Assembly (NCBI GenBank): GCA_004563595.2
Contig: CP042461.1
Span: 420,001-452,000, forward strand
Direction of reading: 5' to 3'
DNA from: Candidatus Saccharimonadota bacterium
GTDB lineage: Bacteria; Patescibacteriota; Gracilibacteria; BD1-5; UBA6164
DNA: 32,000 nt
Each line of letters opens with the position of its first letter. Position 1 is the stretch's first letter. Below are positions 12,076 to 24,049 of the stretch, piece after piece. Made by a program: the position numbers and the translations under genes. The notes below the pieces were generated by a model. The model saw nothing but the letters and a program-made list of their open reading frames with translations. It was not told the DNA's origin and did no database searches.

Positions 12076-12726
12076 CTACCAATGTTCTCAAAAAATGACG
12101 TTATATATAGTATATGGTCAATCATACGCTTCTAATATCCCTTCTCTATACTCTTTTTTTCTTTCTTCTGTAAAGGTCTCAAATTCTTCACACATATCCA
12201 TATGTACTTTTTCATGGTTTTTATATGGCATGGAATTTACTCATATTATATCAGTCTGGATATCACAAATATCTTTTGAAATATGCCTATATGATGCATC
12301 TTCTAAAAAAAATTTAATTTTTTCTATAATTATTTTCTGATTTTCAGATAATATTTGATCTCTAAATTGATCAATATAGTAATATTTAAATGGAACCGAA
12401 ACTATTATATTAAAAGGAGAGTCAATTTTATTGTCATCACTCCTGTAATCTATATGAAATGAATTTCAGTTATCCATATCAAAATTTCATGCCCATACTA
12501 AAAAATTCTCAACCTGTATTTTTTTCATTAATTCTTTTGTAATATTATCAAGAAAAGATATTTTTTTATCGTAATTATATGAATCAAGTTTTAATCTATT
12601 TAAGTTCTCTTTTTTTAATAAATAGATATCAAATATATCTTTAGGAATCTTAAGTTTCTCTTTTAATAAATCTTCATATAATTGTTCTTTTGTTTTCATA
12701 AATATAGGATTAATATATAGTTTCAT
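12076..12726 (-). CDS. Putative immunity protein, paralog A (216 aa from ATG 12726; 207 aa if it starts at ATG 12699)
   Basis: The track ORF 12487-12726 extends through TGA to TAG 12076-12078. The C-terminal ~50 aa (MPY..H.KVHMDMCEEFETFT.ERKKEYREGILEAYDGPYTIYNVIFGEHW) is near-identical to the gene at 13649-14281, while the N-terminal halves have diverged. Confidence 0.7.
12077..12232. repeat. ~155-nt near-identical repeat (partner 13650-13805)
   Basis: By-eye alignment shows about 10 mismatches. The repeat covers the 3' ends of the two immunity-like paralogs. Confidence 0.85.
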
Positions 12727-12826
12727 TTCATTTTTGAATATCTGTATATCCGTGCACTGATCAATCTTTTCTAATAATTATTCTCATAAAATCTGTATTA
12801 GTACCATTTTTATATATAATTTTCAT
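12710..12826 (-). pseudogene. Orphan toxin C-terminal tip (38 codons), homologous to the last ~35 aa of the 1102-aa protein
   Basis: MKIIYKNGTNTDFMRIIIRKDGSVHGYTDIQKGNETIY compares with ..IYAKNGTNTDFMRIIIRKDGSVHGYPDVINGTNDIVIY in the full-length gene. Nt 12746-12811 match 14323-14388 with 2 mismatches. Confidence 0.6.
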
Positions 12827-13496
12827 CCTTAATAATAATGGACTCTCAATATAATAAATGTTTTACTTTAAAGGCTCACTGATAATCCAATCTAATATAT
12901 TTTTCTAAGTCGTTTGTTTTGTTAATTATTTTTTCTCTTCAATCTTCTCAATCAAAATAAAAATCATTTTCTCAGAAAGATAAATTATATTGTCTAGTCA
13001 TCATTCTTTTATGATATTCCATTGAATGAAAATCCTCTCATTCAATATCTAGTTCTTCTTCAGCTATATCTTTTGTTAATTTATTATATCACCTATTTTT
13101 TAGAAAAATTTCAATGAGTTTAATTTTTTCTTTATCAAAAGTTGGATTAATACAATAGTATTTTAATAGTCAAGATAAGTAAATTACTCAATGTCATTCA
13201 ATTGTTAAACTTAAATAGTATCACTCTTCATCTTCAATAAAAATATCTGTAACTAAATTATGTTTATTTAGGTCTTTGCTAATTTGAAAGCCATTGTTAT
13301 TGGGGGAATTTATTAAAGAATCTTTATAGTCACTATTTACATACTTGAATAGCTCTTGTTTTATAAAATTTTTACTAGAAAATATCTCTTTCCCTGAAAT
13401 AGCCTCTATACTGAGACATAACTTTGGTATATTTTCAAGCTTTTTTTTGTGGTTTTTTTTGAATAAATTAGATATTTCTTTTATATTCCTATTCAT
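12810..13496 (-). CDS. Hypothetical protein (228 aa) lying between the two immunity paralogs; possibly another immunity gene
   Basis: The track ORF 13221-13496 extends through 10 TGA codons to TAA 12810-12812. No motif recognised. Confidence 0.6.
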
Positions 13497-13648
13497 AATT
13501 TAATTTTTAATTCATAATGTAGAATTTTGATGTACAGGAAAACCATGTATGGCTCAATCATTTTTGATAATGATTCTTATTTTTTAAGTAACTTTCAGGA
13601 TTCTTCATATTATGATATTTATAGTCTATAAATCAGGAAATATATCTT

Positions 13649-14281
13649 TTACCAATGTTCTCAGAAAATTACGTTATATATAGTATATGGTCAATCATAC
13701 GCTTCTAATATTCCTTCTCTATACTCTTTTTTTCTTTCCTGAGTAAAGGTCTCAAATTCTTCACACATATCCATATGTACTTTTACATGATCTTCATATG
13801 GCATACTATAACTTCATACTATGTCAGTAGGTATTTTCCATAATTCAAGGGGGAGAGTTTTATATAATTTTTCTTTTAAAAATGGAATGATTTTATTGAT
13901 GATTTCTAATATTTCTCATTCAACTTTTTCTTCTCTGACCTGTTCAATATAATAATATGGTACATCTAACGATACAGCTATATTAAAGGGGGAAAACTTT
14001 GTCATATCTTTAGAGTGGAATCAAATACTAAAAATATTAGATCAGAAGGTATTTGACCGTGATGCTCATAATGCATAATGAGGTTTATTTACTAATTTAA
14101 TTAATTCATCAGAGATTTTTTTAATAAATTTTTTATCCCTTTCAAAACTCTTTTTTGTTTCTTGAAAATAATCAATGTTTCCTTTCCTGCTTTTATATAT
14201 CTCTAATATTTCTTTTGGTAGTTTATCTTTATTCTCGAGGATTTTTTTTAAACATTCATCTCTATTCATAGTAGTGTTCAT
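13649..14281 (-). CDS. Putative cognate immunity protein, paralog B (210 aa)
   Basis: ATG 14281 overlaps the TAA of the upstream 1102-aa gene by 1 nt (TAATG). The track ORF 14066-14281 extends to TAA 13649-13651. It is a paralog of 12076-12726. Confidence 0.7.
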
Positions 14282-17200
14282 TAATAAATAACGATATCAT
14301 TAGTTCAGTTGATTACATCTGGATATCCGTGCACTGATCAATCTTTTCTAATGATTATTCTCATAAAGTCTGTATTAGTACCATTTTTTGCATATATTCA
14401 AACATCAGACAGTTTAACTAGAATCCCGTCAGATTTAGTTTTATTAATATCAAATACATCTTTAGGAACCTTGTCTAAAGCTATTTTATGTAAACCTATA
14501 ACTTCATCAGAGTTAGTTGTGTAAAAATAACTTTTTGGTTTGTTAGGTTTATCTTTTAATGCTTTTTCATAAAGAGGATTTCATTTAATATGCTCCTGTA
14601 CTTTAACTGCTCCTTGCAAAATCTTAAATTGAAATCAGTTTTTACTTTCAAATGTTAGAGTTTTTGAAAACTTATTTGCTTGCTTGAGCGTATTTAAGTC
14701 CTTTGAATCATCACTGACAAGTTTTTTACCTTTATTTAATTTTGATAAAGGAATGAGGTTCAGAGCTATATGAGTTTCTATATAACTTTTGTAGTATCAT
14801 TTATCATAATCAGAGTATCCATCAATAATTTCATCAATATTTTCTAATATTTCTATCCCATCTACTAAATATTCTGGTAGATTTGATAAGTTTAAGTTAA
14901 TATCGCTATTTATCAAGTTTGTCATTGCTTTTTTTACTGCTGATAGAAGCTCAGGGAGCATTGATGGGTCAATTATTTCAATCATTCCAACTATAAAATC
15001 ACCAATTGCTTTCTCAGTTCAATCAATTGATCATAGACCTGGACTATACACTCTTTTTAGCTCTTTTAATCATTCATCTGACTGCATGAGGCTGTATACT
15101 TGATCTATATCTGGTATGAGTTGTTTATATGTGTTATATTCATTATCATTTAAAAATCATGAATTATATATTTTTTCTAAGAAACTCGATGAATATACAC
15201 TTTTTCAAGTTAATGTTTCATAGTTTTCTCTGGTGTTATATCATACCAGTGTAAGATACTGTTGGATTGCTACTTGATAATTTAATGACACCTCTGTTAG
15301 ATTAGATAGGACTACTGTATCAAAATAATCAAAATCTCTTAACTTTTTTATTAATGAATCATTATCAATTGTTTCCTCTATTTGTTTATTATTTGCCTCT
15401 TTAATCAAAAATTCTCTCACTGCCTCTTCATGATCAGAATTATTTACTTCAATCCTATCCATTGTAGAAACAGTTGAGTAATCTGGAGCAACTTTAAATT
15501 CTATCCATACGAGCGCAGGGTAATCATTCCCAGTTCACTTTCTGTTGTATTTTGTATACACAGTAAAAGGGTACTCTTTGTATTCATTTGTACCATAAGC
15601 TCATCAACTTATATAATTTTTTATCTGGCCTTCATCATAACGAGTGCTTGATTCTAAGGTTTCTGTATCAACTCATTTTTTAGAAAGATAGGTATTGAGT
15701 CTTCCAAGAAACCCCTCGGGATTATATATTGTCGTAGCATCTAAATCATCATTTCCTTCATTTCCTCATAATATTGGAGTTTCATCTTCATCATCATTTA
15801 TGATAATAACATCTGGACTTTCAGAATCACCACCTCAAAAAATGATATCATCACTGGTATCCCATTTATCTTCCATCAGCGCTTGTTGCTCTGGAGTAAG
15901 CTGATTAAAGAAGTAAGCATCTCTTTCTAAATATCTTCTTACCGTAGCAGATCACCTATCTCATCTGGATGATCAGAGATTAAAGTTTATCCACACCCCA
16001 TCAGGTCTCAGATATCTTTGTTCTCATGTAAAATCTCTGTCCGAAAATTTTACGATTCATGTATCACGATAAAAACTATTGTTACTGGTATCTTGATATC
16101 TATTTTTGTATTGGTAGACTACAGTTATTCCATACACATTTGCTATTTTTGGCACCCAATATTCTTCTTTATTTTGATACCTACAACCATCATTTTTTAT
16201 ATATCAATTTAACCATACGGGCTTTACCGTATCTGATATCCAGTATTCTTTGAAAGTATCATCTTCTATATTTTCAATAATTTGAGACGAACAATAGAGT
16301 CTTTTTACATATAAGTTTTGTGTATTTACATTGTTTATAGTAATTACTAGGTCTTTGCTTCTTCAGTTTTCATAGGTAAGTGTGAGAACTATCTCTTGGG
16401 ACTCTCAATTATAACGTTCACTTGGCCTATATGCTAATATTCCTCAGTTCACTTCTAACGAAGAGTTATTTCAAGATTTGATTGTGGCTGTAATAGCTAA
16501 ATTATTTTCATTTTTTATAACTCATAAATCGTACCAATTTATTTCAAATTGATCTCATACTGGTCATTCTATCACCGTAGGGTATTCTACAGAAAAATTA
16601 CTCACTTCTATTGCTGTAGTATTTTCTGCTATATTTTCTTCATCGAGGTTTTGAGATGTATCTCAATTACTTTCAGGAGTATTTCACTCTGAGAGCGTAC
16701 TTGAATTAGTAAAAGTTTCTACTATGGAAACAGAACCATTTTTATATGTCTCTTTGATGTAAAGTGTTTCTCATTGATATATTGCTATTGAATCATCATT
16801 ATATAAAGCCCAATCTTCTCAGTTGTAACTGATATTTATATATCAATCAGTATCAGTTTTTGTTAATCTCAGATAGAGAGTACTATTTTCATATTTCCTA
16901 TCAACAATAATGATATTTGAATCTTGCTTGATAGTATCTATTGATTCAGTTACAAAAGAAACACTTCTATCAGTTATAATTGTAGAATCATTATTATCAC
17001 AGTTGTGTGCATCATTTATATTGATTTTTCAATCAGAGTTTGTATCTGATAATTTTAAACCATCGGTAAGTATCTCACTTATCTTTTTATTTATTAATTC
17101 AACATTAACTGAAGAATCTGAGTTGAGGTATAAGCCAAGATTCTCTCAATTTTTTCACAGAAGTATTTCTGTTACTTGGGTAGTACATAAATTAAGATGG

Positions 17201-17589
17201 GCATTCACTAAGTTATTTGATGATACAATTGTTTTTATGGCATCAAGAGTTCCAATGTCAGAAGATGAAGATATAATAAGCTGAGTGTCATCTTCTAAAT
17301 CTTGTTGTATTTCTCTCAGGTTCAGTTGGTATTTTCAATTTGAGTCGGTGATTGTTTGATAGATGACTTCTCCTGAACTGAGTTTTTGAATCTCAATATT
17401 TGAATTTGGTGCTCATCCGTCTAGAGTGATATTTTCGTTTGATGTAGCTAGACTTTCTGATACATTATTTTGTCATGAATCATTTGTGGATACTGTAGGT
17501 CATTCACCTCAACAACCTCCAGTTGATAATAGAGCTGCAAGCGAAATGGTTAGTATAGGTTTATTTAATTCCTCCTTCTTAAATAACAT
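14281..17589 (-). CDS. Large surface lipoprotein with a polymorphic-toxin-like C-terminal domain (1102 aa)
   Basis: One frame runs from ATG 17589 to TAA 14281-14283, and every codon was checked for TAA/TAG. Track ORFs 14797-14985 and 15241-15462 lie in this frame. The N-terminus MLFKKEELNKPILTISLAALLSTGGCGGEG has a signal peptide and lipobox Cys. The C-terminal tip is duplicated as an orphan at 12710-12826. Confidence 0.85.
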
Positions 17590-17683
17590 ATATTTTCTAT
17601 TATAATAATAATACAATAACAAAATTATAATAATAAAAGTCAAGAAGGCAATATCCTTCACCTTGACAATTTTACTTTTTTAC

Positions 17684-17710
17684 TTGACAAGCTTGAAATA
17701 AGATTATAAT
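17684..17710 (+). promoter_or_regulatory. Candidate promoter for the cadherin-like lipoprotein gene
   Basis: TTGACA (17684-17689), a 15-nt spacer, then TATAAT (17705-17710). The spacer is shorter than optimal. Confidence 0.35.
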
Positions 17711-17743
17711 AAATAAGAATTTTAATTTATAATTTGAATGATT

Positions 17744-18832
17744 ATGAAAAGTTTAGACAAGATGAGTAATGAAGTGGATACTTCTAAGGAATCTCAATGA
17801 ATATTTCCTAAAAAAGTAAATAAATTACTTATAGCTACAGCTTTTTCGGCATCTCTTCTGACTGGATGTGGTGGATGAGGAGGAGGTTGATCTGATACAT
17901 CAGCAAACAATACTTGAACTACAGTTGAAGCACAAAATGCAGCTTTTGAAAATGCAGTTAGCGATTTAGAACTGAGAACACTTACAATAGATGATAATGC
18001 AAATCCTACTGATACTTTATCACTTGATGTAGATATATCAGGTTTAACAGAAGTTACTTTTTGAGACAATGAAGATAATATTCTTGTAACTTGAACGAAT
18101 GGACCAAAAATTGTACTAACAGTCTCATCAGATGACTATGCTGATGTATGAGAAAGTGTTGAAAGCTTATCTTTCAAAAACATACATGCTATAGCTATTC
18201 CTAAAGACTTGGTTGTAAATAAAGTTGATGAAACTCCAGATTTACAGGTTTCAAACCTTACTTGTTCTGAGACCGTTACTTTATGAGATCCTATTAACTG
18301 TTCAGCTTGATATAATTTTCAAAATAGTTACACACAAGCAACAGCAGGTTTATATGACAGTTTTGGTAATTTAATAACAGACTTTACAGTTACTGTAGAT
18401 ACAGATACTAAAAATGTAGTGTTTGATCAAGCTGATACTGCTTCACTTGATGCAGGAGATTATACTATAAAAATAACTTTTGAGTGAGAAGGTTGAGATC
18501 AAGAATTTGAAAAAGACTTAGAGATTATTGCTTCTAATACTGCACCAACTGCTGCTGACGTAAATCTTAATGTTGGTGGTGAAGAAACAATAACTTACGA
18601 CCTTGATTGAGATATATCAGATACTGAATCTACTGATGCTAATTTAACTGTTTCAGTTGTTTCAGGTCCTTCACATTGATCATTATCATGGAACGGAAAT
18701 GAATTTACATACGAAGTAACTGATGGAACTTTCTATGCAGGACCAGATAGTTTTACATATGAAGTAACTGATGAAGGGTGATTAAAAAGTACCGTTAAAA
18801 CTGTAAGTATGACAGGGATATTCGATTTTTAA
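17744..18832 (+). CDS. Lipoprotein with a C-terminal cadherin-like/bacterial Ig-like domain (362 aa)
   Basis: LLIATAFSASLLTGCGGGGGGSD has a lipobox followed by a Gly run encoded by mixed GGN and TGA. The C-terminus APTAADVNLNVGGEETITYDL..SVVSGPSHGSLSWNGNEFTYEVTDGTFYAGPDSFTYEVTDEGG fits the cadherin-like/VCBS-type pattern. ATG 17738 or 17762 are alternative starts. Confidence 0.8.
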
Positions 18833-18840
18833 AGAGAAAT

Positions 18841-18895
18841 TAATATCAATTAAAAACCCATTGAATAAAATTCAATGGGTTTTTAATTGATATTA
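18841..18895. terminator. Perfect ~26-bp inverted repeat (bidirectional terminator)
   Basis: taatatcaattaaaaacccattgaat (18841-18866) pairs with attcaatgggtttttaattgatatta (18870-18895). It sits between convergent genes, and the right arm contains the TAA of the pilin-LamG gene. Confidence 0.65.
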
Positions 18896-21082
18896 TTGGT
18901 TATATATTTTTAGATAATTTACAACTCAATTCAGTTGTCATGTGAGATTATTTTTTGATCAAATATATAGGTCGTTAGCATCTATTGAGTCAATTGGAAA
19001 TAGTCTTGTTCAAATGTGTAAAGTTTTACTTTTATTATTTATAATAATTGTTTCAAAATTTGATAAAAAAATTAAGTTGCAGGGTGTTGTACCCCCATCA
19101 TAACAAATAATATTTCCTTTATACTTTATTGTATGTTGTAATCATGCCTTTCATATACTTAATCACTTATTTATTTCATTATCAAATATATACCTTCATC
19201 AAGTTTGTTCAAGTGCATTTTTCTCTACACTCATTTCAATTACATAATCATCATCATCACCTAAGTCTAACCCAGCTCAAAGATATTTTAAGTAATCACT
19301 CCCATCAATAAGAACTCATCAATCATCTATATTAACCCCTGCTGAGTCTGAACTAATAATTCAACTATTTGTATACATATCAAAATCTCAAGCTTCATTA
19401 TATGGTGCGTATGCTACTAATTCCCATCAATCAACGGTAAGCATAGTATCAGTTTCGGCACATTCTTCACTTGTTCCTACAGTAAAAGTATCACATGGAG
19501 TATTTAGAGAAGTATCATCATAGTCAGCTGCAATAAGAGGAATAATCAAAGTTTGACTATAGATTTCAGTTCCATCAGCTTTAGTATATCAGAATGCAAC
19601 TTTTAGCTCACTATCAGCTGAAGTATAGGTATTGAGTGGCTCTTGTGAATCCATTGTTGTATCTTGTGTCAGTGTTAATTGAGTATCTGATTCCCAATTA
19701 TTAGAAAGTAACTGACCATTAATCTTTATAAATTCAGCATTGTTTTTAAGAGTATCATTTAACTTAATATCTATCTGATAGTTATTATTGTTTATATATG
19801 AAAAAGTAGCAAGTTGAGTTTGAATAGTATTTGTTATTTTTCAATAATTATTTAATGCTTCACCTTTTATTTGCGGTGGAAGAGAATTGAGAGCTGAGGT
19901 AGAAATATTTGTAGATCAACCATAGCCAATATCAGTTCATTTTTCAGGGTTTCCAGTTATTACTTCTATATATGTGGTTCCATTAAGATCACTTGATATT
20001 ACTGATGGAAGTCAGGTTATAGGAGCTGTAGAAATAGAAGGAGTAGACTTATTTAGCGTTTGACTTAATACCTTGTAGTCAGTGAGTCCTGAAATGGATA
20101 AGACGTTAACCTTTCATTCTTTTACAGTAATATTTGTATCAATATCTTTTTTGATTCAAAAAATAGTTCACCTTACAGCTGCTGTAGCATCTGTTGTATA
20201 TATTTCGAAATCAGAATCATCATCGAGACTAGTTGCTTTATTCCAGATAGTTCATCAACCAAGAGTCAGTTTGATATCAGTGAAGAGATTATTTTCTTTT
20301 TTGAATACCATTTTTGACAGAATAAGTTCTGAATTATTTGCTGTATCTCATAGAATTGATGATGTTCAGTCTGAGAAATATATTTCAGCGTATCAACCAC
20401 TTAATACTGTTATTTTATCTCATTCACCAAGAGTATATGAGAGTATTGCTCAAGTATCAGTGATATTTTCATTGATAGTTACGGTTCCATCAAAATCATT
20501 TATTTTTGCTACTAAGATTCTTTCATCTGGATTATATGGGAAATTTGATTCTGATCCATCATACACGAAATCTGGTCCATTATATTCTCTGATAAGATTA
20601 TATGGTCACACTTCAGCTGCATAGTTTCATCTTACAAATGATTCTGCTTCTCAATTTACCCAATTGATTCCGGCTAATTCATATTCTTCATTTGCTATAA
20701 GCTTTCCATATGCATAGTATTGATTTGTTTTTGGATCAAGAGGCAGGGCATCAAGGTATCTTTTTGGAAGGGTTCATTCTGTAATAAAACCATGAACTCA
20801 GAAAATATCCGACGATGATGAATGAGCATATGATGCGTCTTCTTTGAAATAGTTATTATTTCATGTTGGGAGGGGGAGTGTTTTTGTTTCTTGTTTGTAC
20901 GACTCAAGAGAGTTTGTTATCGTTTCTATATCTGCAGTTATTTTTGAGTTGTTTGTCTTGTCTTGATAGTTATTGCTAACTGTAAAACCAACCACTGCAA
21001 GTAAAGCTATAATTGAAATCGTTATAATGACTTCCACAAATGAAAAAGCTTTTCTATTTTTGTACACTACCATTTTTATCAT
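18893..21082 (-). CDS. Prepilin-type N-terminus fused to a large body ending in a LamG/concanavalin-A-like lectin domain (729 aa)
   Basis: The N-terminus ..KNRKA/FSFVEVIITISIIALLAVVGF is a class III signal with Glu at +5. The C-terminus ..GVLIDGSDYLKY..DDYVIEMSV..GGRYIFDNE..LHIGTR..DLYIGSKNNLTGQLNGVVNYLKIYNQ fits the Laminin_G_3 pattern. The frame was verified codon by codon. Confidence 0.85.
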
Positions 21083-21186
21083 GTTAAAAAATAACGAGAT
21101 ACTCCTTATAAATGGAATACAATTTTTAGTATATATATTTAGCAGAGTTTTACAAAAAATCTTTGATAGAATTTAATCTTAGAAAC

Positions 21187-21214
21187 TTGCTATTATATTA
21201 GACTTGTGTATAAT
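21187..21214 (+). promoter_or_regulatory. Candidate promoter of the five-gene operon
   Basis: TTGCTA (21187-21192), a 16-nt spacer, then TATAAT (21209-21214). Confidence 0.45.
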
Positions 21215-21248
21215 TCATAAAAATTTACTTCTTATTGAATCTTTGAAT

Positions 21249-21728
21249 ATGAAAAAAATGGATATTATTTTATTAGGTGAAGTTAAAAAAATTTTATCAG
21301 AAAATGAAAAATATACTCTGGATCCAAAAACTGAAAAATTAATTAATGAAGTTTGCCTATATTTAGAACAAATTTATGCAAATCAAATAGATGTTAAAGA
21401 GCTGGAGGAGTGTTATTTAACGTCAACGCTTGTTTTAATTTGAAAAATAGACAGATTACTTGAGTCAATAAAAGTAAGTAAAATAAAGGAGTATAGAATA
21501 ATGATTGATTTTAAAAAATGAGTTAGTTTTAACGAATTTGTAGAGTATTATAATTTTATTTGATGTGAAGATGGATTACAAACAGATATGTGAAATACAA
21601 CATCATTATTTAATAATTTACAACAATCTTCAACTACTCAGTGATTGTATCTTTTACATCAAGAGCTATATGAGCATGAAGATGACACTGATGATTCTCT
21701 TTATTATATAATATTAAAGTCTAATTAA
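21249..21728 (+). CDS. Hypothetical protein (159 aa)
   Basis: ATG 21249 (in frame with track ORF 21204-21443) extends through TGA to TAA 21726-21728. Confidence 0.6.
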
Positions 21729-21729
21729 T

Positions 21730-23124
21730 ATGTTATATTTTGAATATTTTCAGAACTACCTTTTAAAAGAATTAATTATCTGCGAGAAGCAATATTTAGA
21801 ATTTAAAAAATATATTAAAGAAAATAATATTATTTTTAGTGATGAATTATTACTTTTAGTTGAAAAAAAAATAGAGTTATGCAAAAATGATATTGATTCT
21901 TTTCGTCTTGAAAATGGTTTTAAAAATGAAATATTATTTAGAACATTACTACAAGAGATATCATTAATAAAAACTGAATTTGATTGGAGAAGTGCGGCAT
22001 ATCAAAATAGTTTACATACTAATACTTATAATTTATTTAATTTAGATAAAAAAGATGTTAATTATAATAGGTATGGAAGTAAATACATTTTAAAAATTGA
22101 GGAATATTTATTAGAGCTGTATAATATCCCTAGTCATTATAGGTGTCTTGTAACATCCTCATGAATGTCTGCATATTCATTAATTGAATGAGTGTTACTT
22201 AGGAAATTGTATCATAGTAATGATACTATATATATACCTTGATATATATATTTTGAGTCTTATGAACAAATAAGTAAATTAAAAAGCCTATGATTAAAAA
22301 TTATGACTTGAGATAGTAATAGTTTTAATGAAGAGTGAATTTTAAATTACATATATACAAATCAACCTAAATTTGTTTTTTTAGATTCAGTGTTAAATAC
22401 TTCCGATAGTAAAGTCATAGATTTAGATTATATATTTTCTAGGCTTAATAATAACTATAAAAAAGAAATTTTTATAGTTACTGACTTAACTATGTCTTGA
22501 ATTGATTGTACCTTCACAAAATATAATAATTTGAATATATTGATGTATGGAAGCGCTTCAAAATATTTATTTAATTGACTTGATATTTCTATGATGTGAT
22601 TTGTTTTTGTAAATAAAAACTTTTATGAATATGCTGAGAGACAAAGAAGAAATATATGAGCAATACTTTATGATTTTCAGGCTTGTTGTTATCCACGAAT
22701 TTGAACGACTTTTTTTAACGATAGGTTAGAAGCAATTAACCAAGATGTAATACTTTTTTTTAATAGTTTAAGGAATAATAATAAAATTAATGATAAATAT
22801 AAGATATGCTATGCTTGAGAAAAGTTATTTAAAATTTGAAAATCTTTTTGATGATCTATCATAACTATAAGTTTTATAGATGATAATTTGAAAAATAAAG
22901 AAAATTACAGTAATTTGATAGATTTGTTGATAAAAGAAGCACAAAAAATGGAAACCCCTTTAATTGAGTGAGTTAGCTTTTGATTCTCTATTACAAGAAT
23001 TTCTGCTTCGGATGTTATGTCAAAATGAGAACCACCTTTTCTAAGAGTTTCTATATGACCGAGATATTATAATAAAATTGAAAGCATAATTGAAATTTTC
23101 ACAAAAATTTTGATTAATTATTAG
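21730..23124 (+). CDS. PLP-dependent enzyme of the Cys/Met-metabolism (trans-sulfuration, fold type I) family, divergent, with a ~130-aa N-terminal extension (464 aa)
   Basis: TSSGMSAYS, DLTMSG, YGSASKYLFNGLD (candidate PLP lysine), ..GVSFGFSITRISAS.. and FLRVSIG appear in the order expected for cystathionine lyase/synthase-like enzymes. The frame was checked. Confidence 0.65.
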
Positions 23125-23142
23125 TAATTAATTTATAATATT

Positions 23143-24039
23143 ATGAGTGAAAGTATAAAAAAACAGTATTTTTATAAGAAAAATAATTTTTTGTGATATT
23201 GCTATATATTAAGTTATATAGCGTTCTTTTGATCAATTATTTATTTTATAATATCAGTTAATAATTTAGGAATTATTTTTTTATTAATGATGATTTTATG
23301 ATTTTTTCAAGCATGATTTAATCAATGAAAACATGAATTTTTACATAATACTGTGATTAATAATAAGATTTTAAATCATTTTTTTTGGTATTTTTTTTCA
23401 ATACCCATTCTTGTAAATCCGCACTTAAATAAAGATTTCCACTTATTACACCATAAATCCCTATGAACAGATGATGACCCAGAGTTATCTTTTAAAGTAA
23501 GAAAAAACTATAGCTTTAACGCAGTTCTATGGGATAAAATAAAGAACCCTTTTATATTAGACTTAATATTTTTAAATTACAAAATATTATTTTGTAATAT
23601 TTATCCATCTTATGTCTCTGAAGAAAATAAAAAAATAGTTAAAAAAGATTCTATAATAATTTTTTTAACTCATATATTTTTTATTGGATTGATTCTTTAT
23701 AATGGAAGTTATTATTTATTATTTATTTGGTATTTTACTTTAGAATATATTTGATTTAATATATTATGTATGTTTGACATAGCTGAACATAGATGATGTG
23801 ATATTACTGATTTTGAGAATAATTCAAGAACTGTAATATCTAATTATTTCATAACATATATTACTTGGTTTAATAATTACCACTCTGTACATCATAAAGA
23901 TTCAAAGGATAAATTAGTAACTTTTTATAAAAGAAAGAAATATTTTGATCTATTTGATAAATATAAAACAAGGAAAATAGAAAAATCTTATCTGAAGTTT
24001 ATATTAAAAATTAATGAAAATCCAAGTTTTTATAAATAA
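23143..24039 (+). CDS. Membrane fatty-acid-desaturase-family di-iron protein (298 aa)
   Basis: Three His boxes (HEFLH, HLLHH, HSVHH) are separated by hydrophobic segments. Confidence 0.8.
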
Positions 24040-24049
24040 ATAATATATT

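Noticed and set aside
13507-13608. A 33-codon ORF ending 10 nt upstream of the 228-aa gene, as a second orphan toxin tip.
   Set aside because: The geometry mirrors the 12710-12826 orphan, but there is no homologous full-length toxin in the window to support it. It is mentioned under the toxin finding only.
20082-20624. Long standard-code ORFs in the track on the strand opposite my gene calls: 20082-20624 (+, 180 aa), 7616-7960 (+), 16910-17284 (+), 24193-24621 (-), 17794-18069 (-) and 28424-28687 (-).
   Set aside because: Each lies antisense to a much longer table-25 ORF that carries recognisable motifs or continuity. Their sequences are low-complexity Ser/Leu/Phe-rich, as expected for the reverse strand of AT-rich coding DNA.
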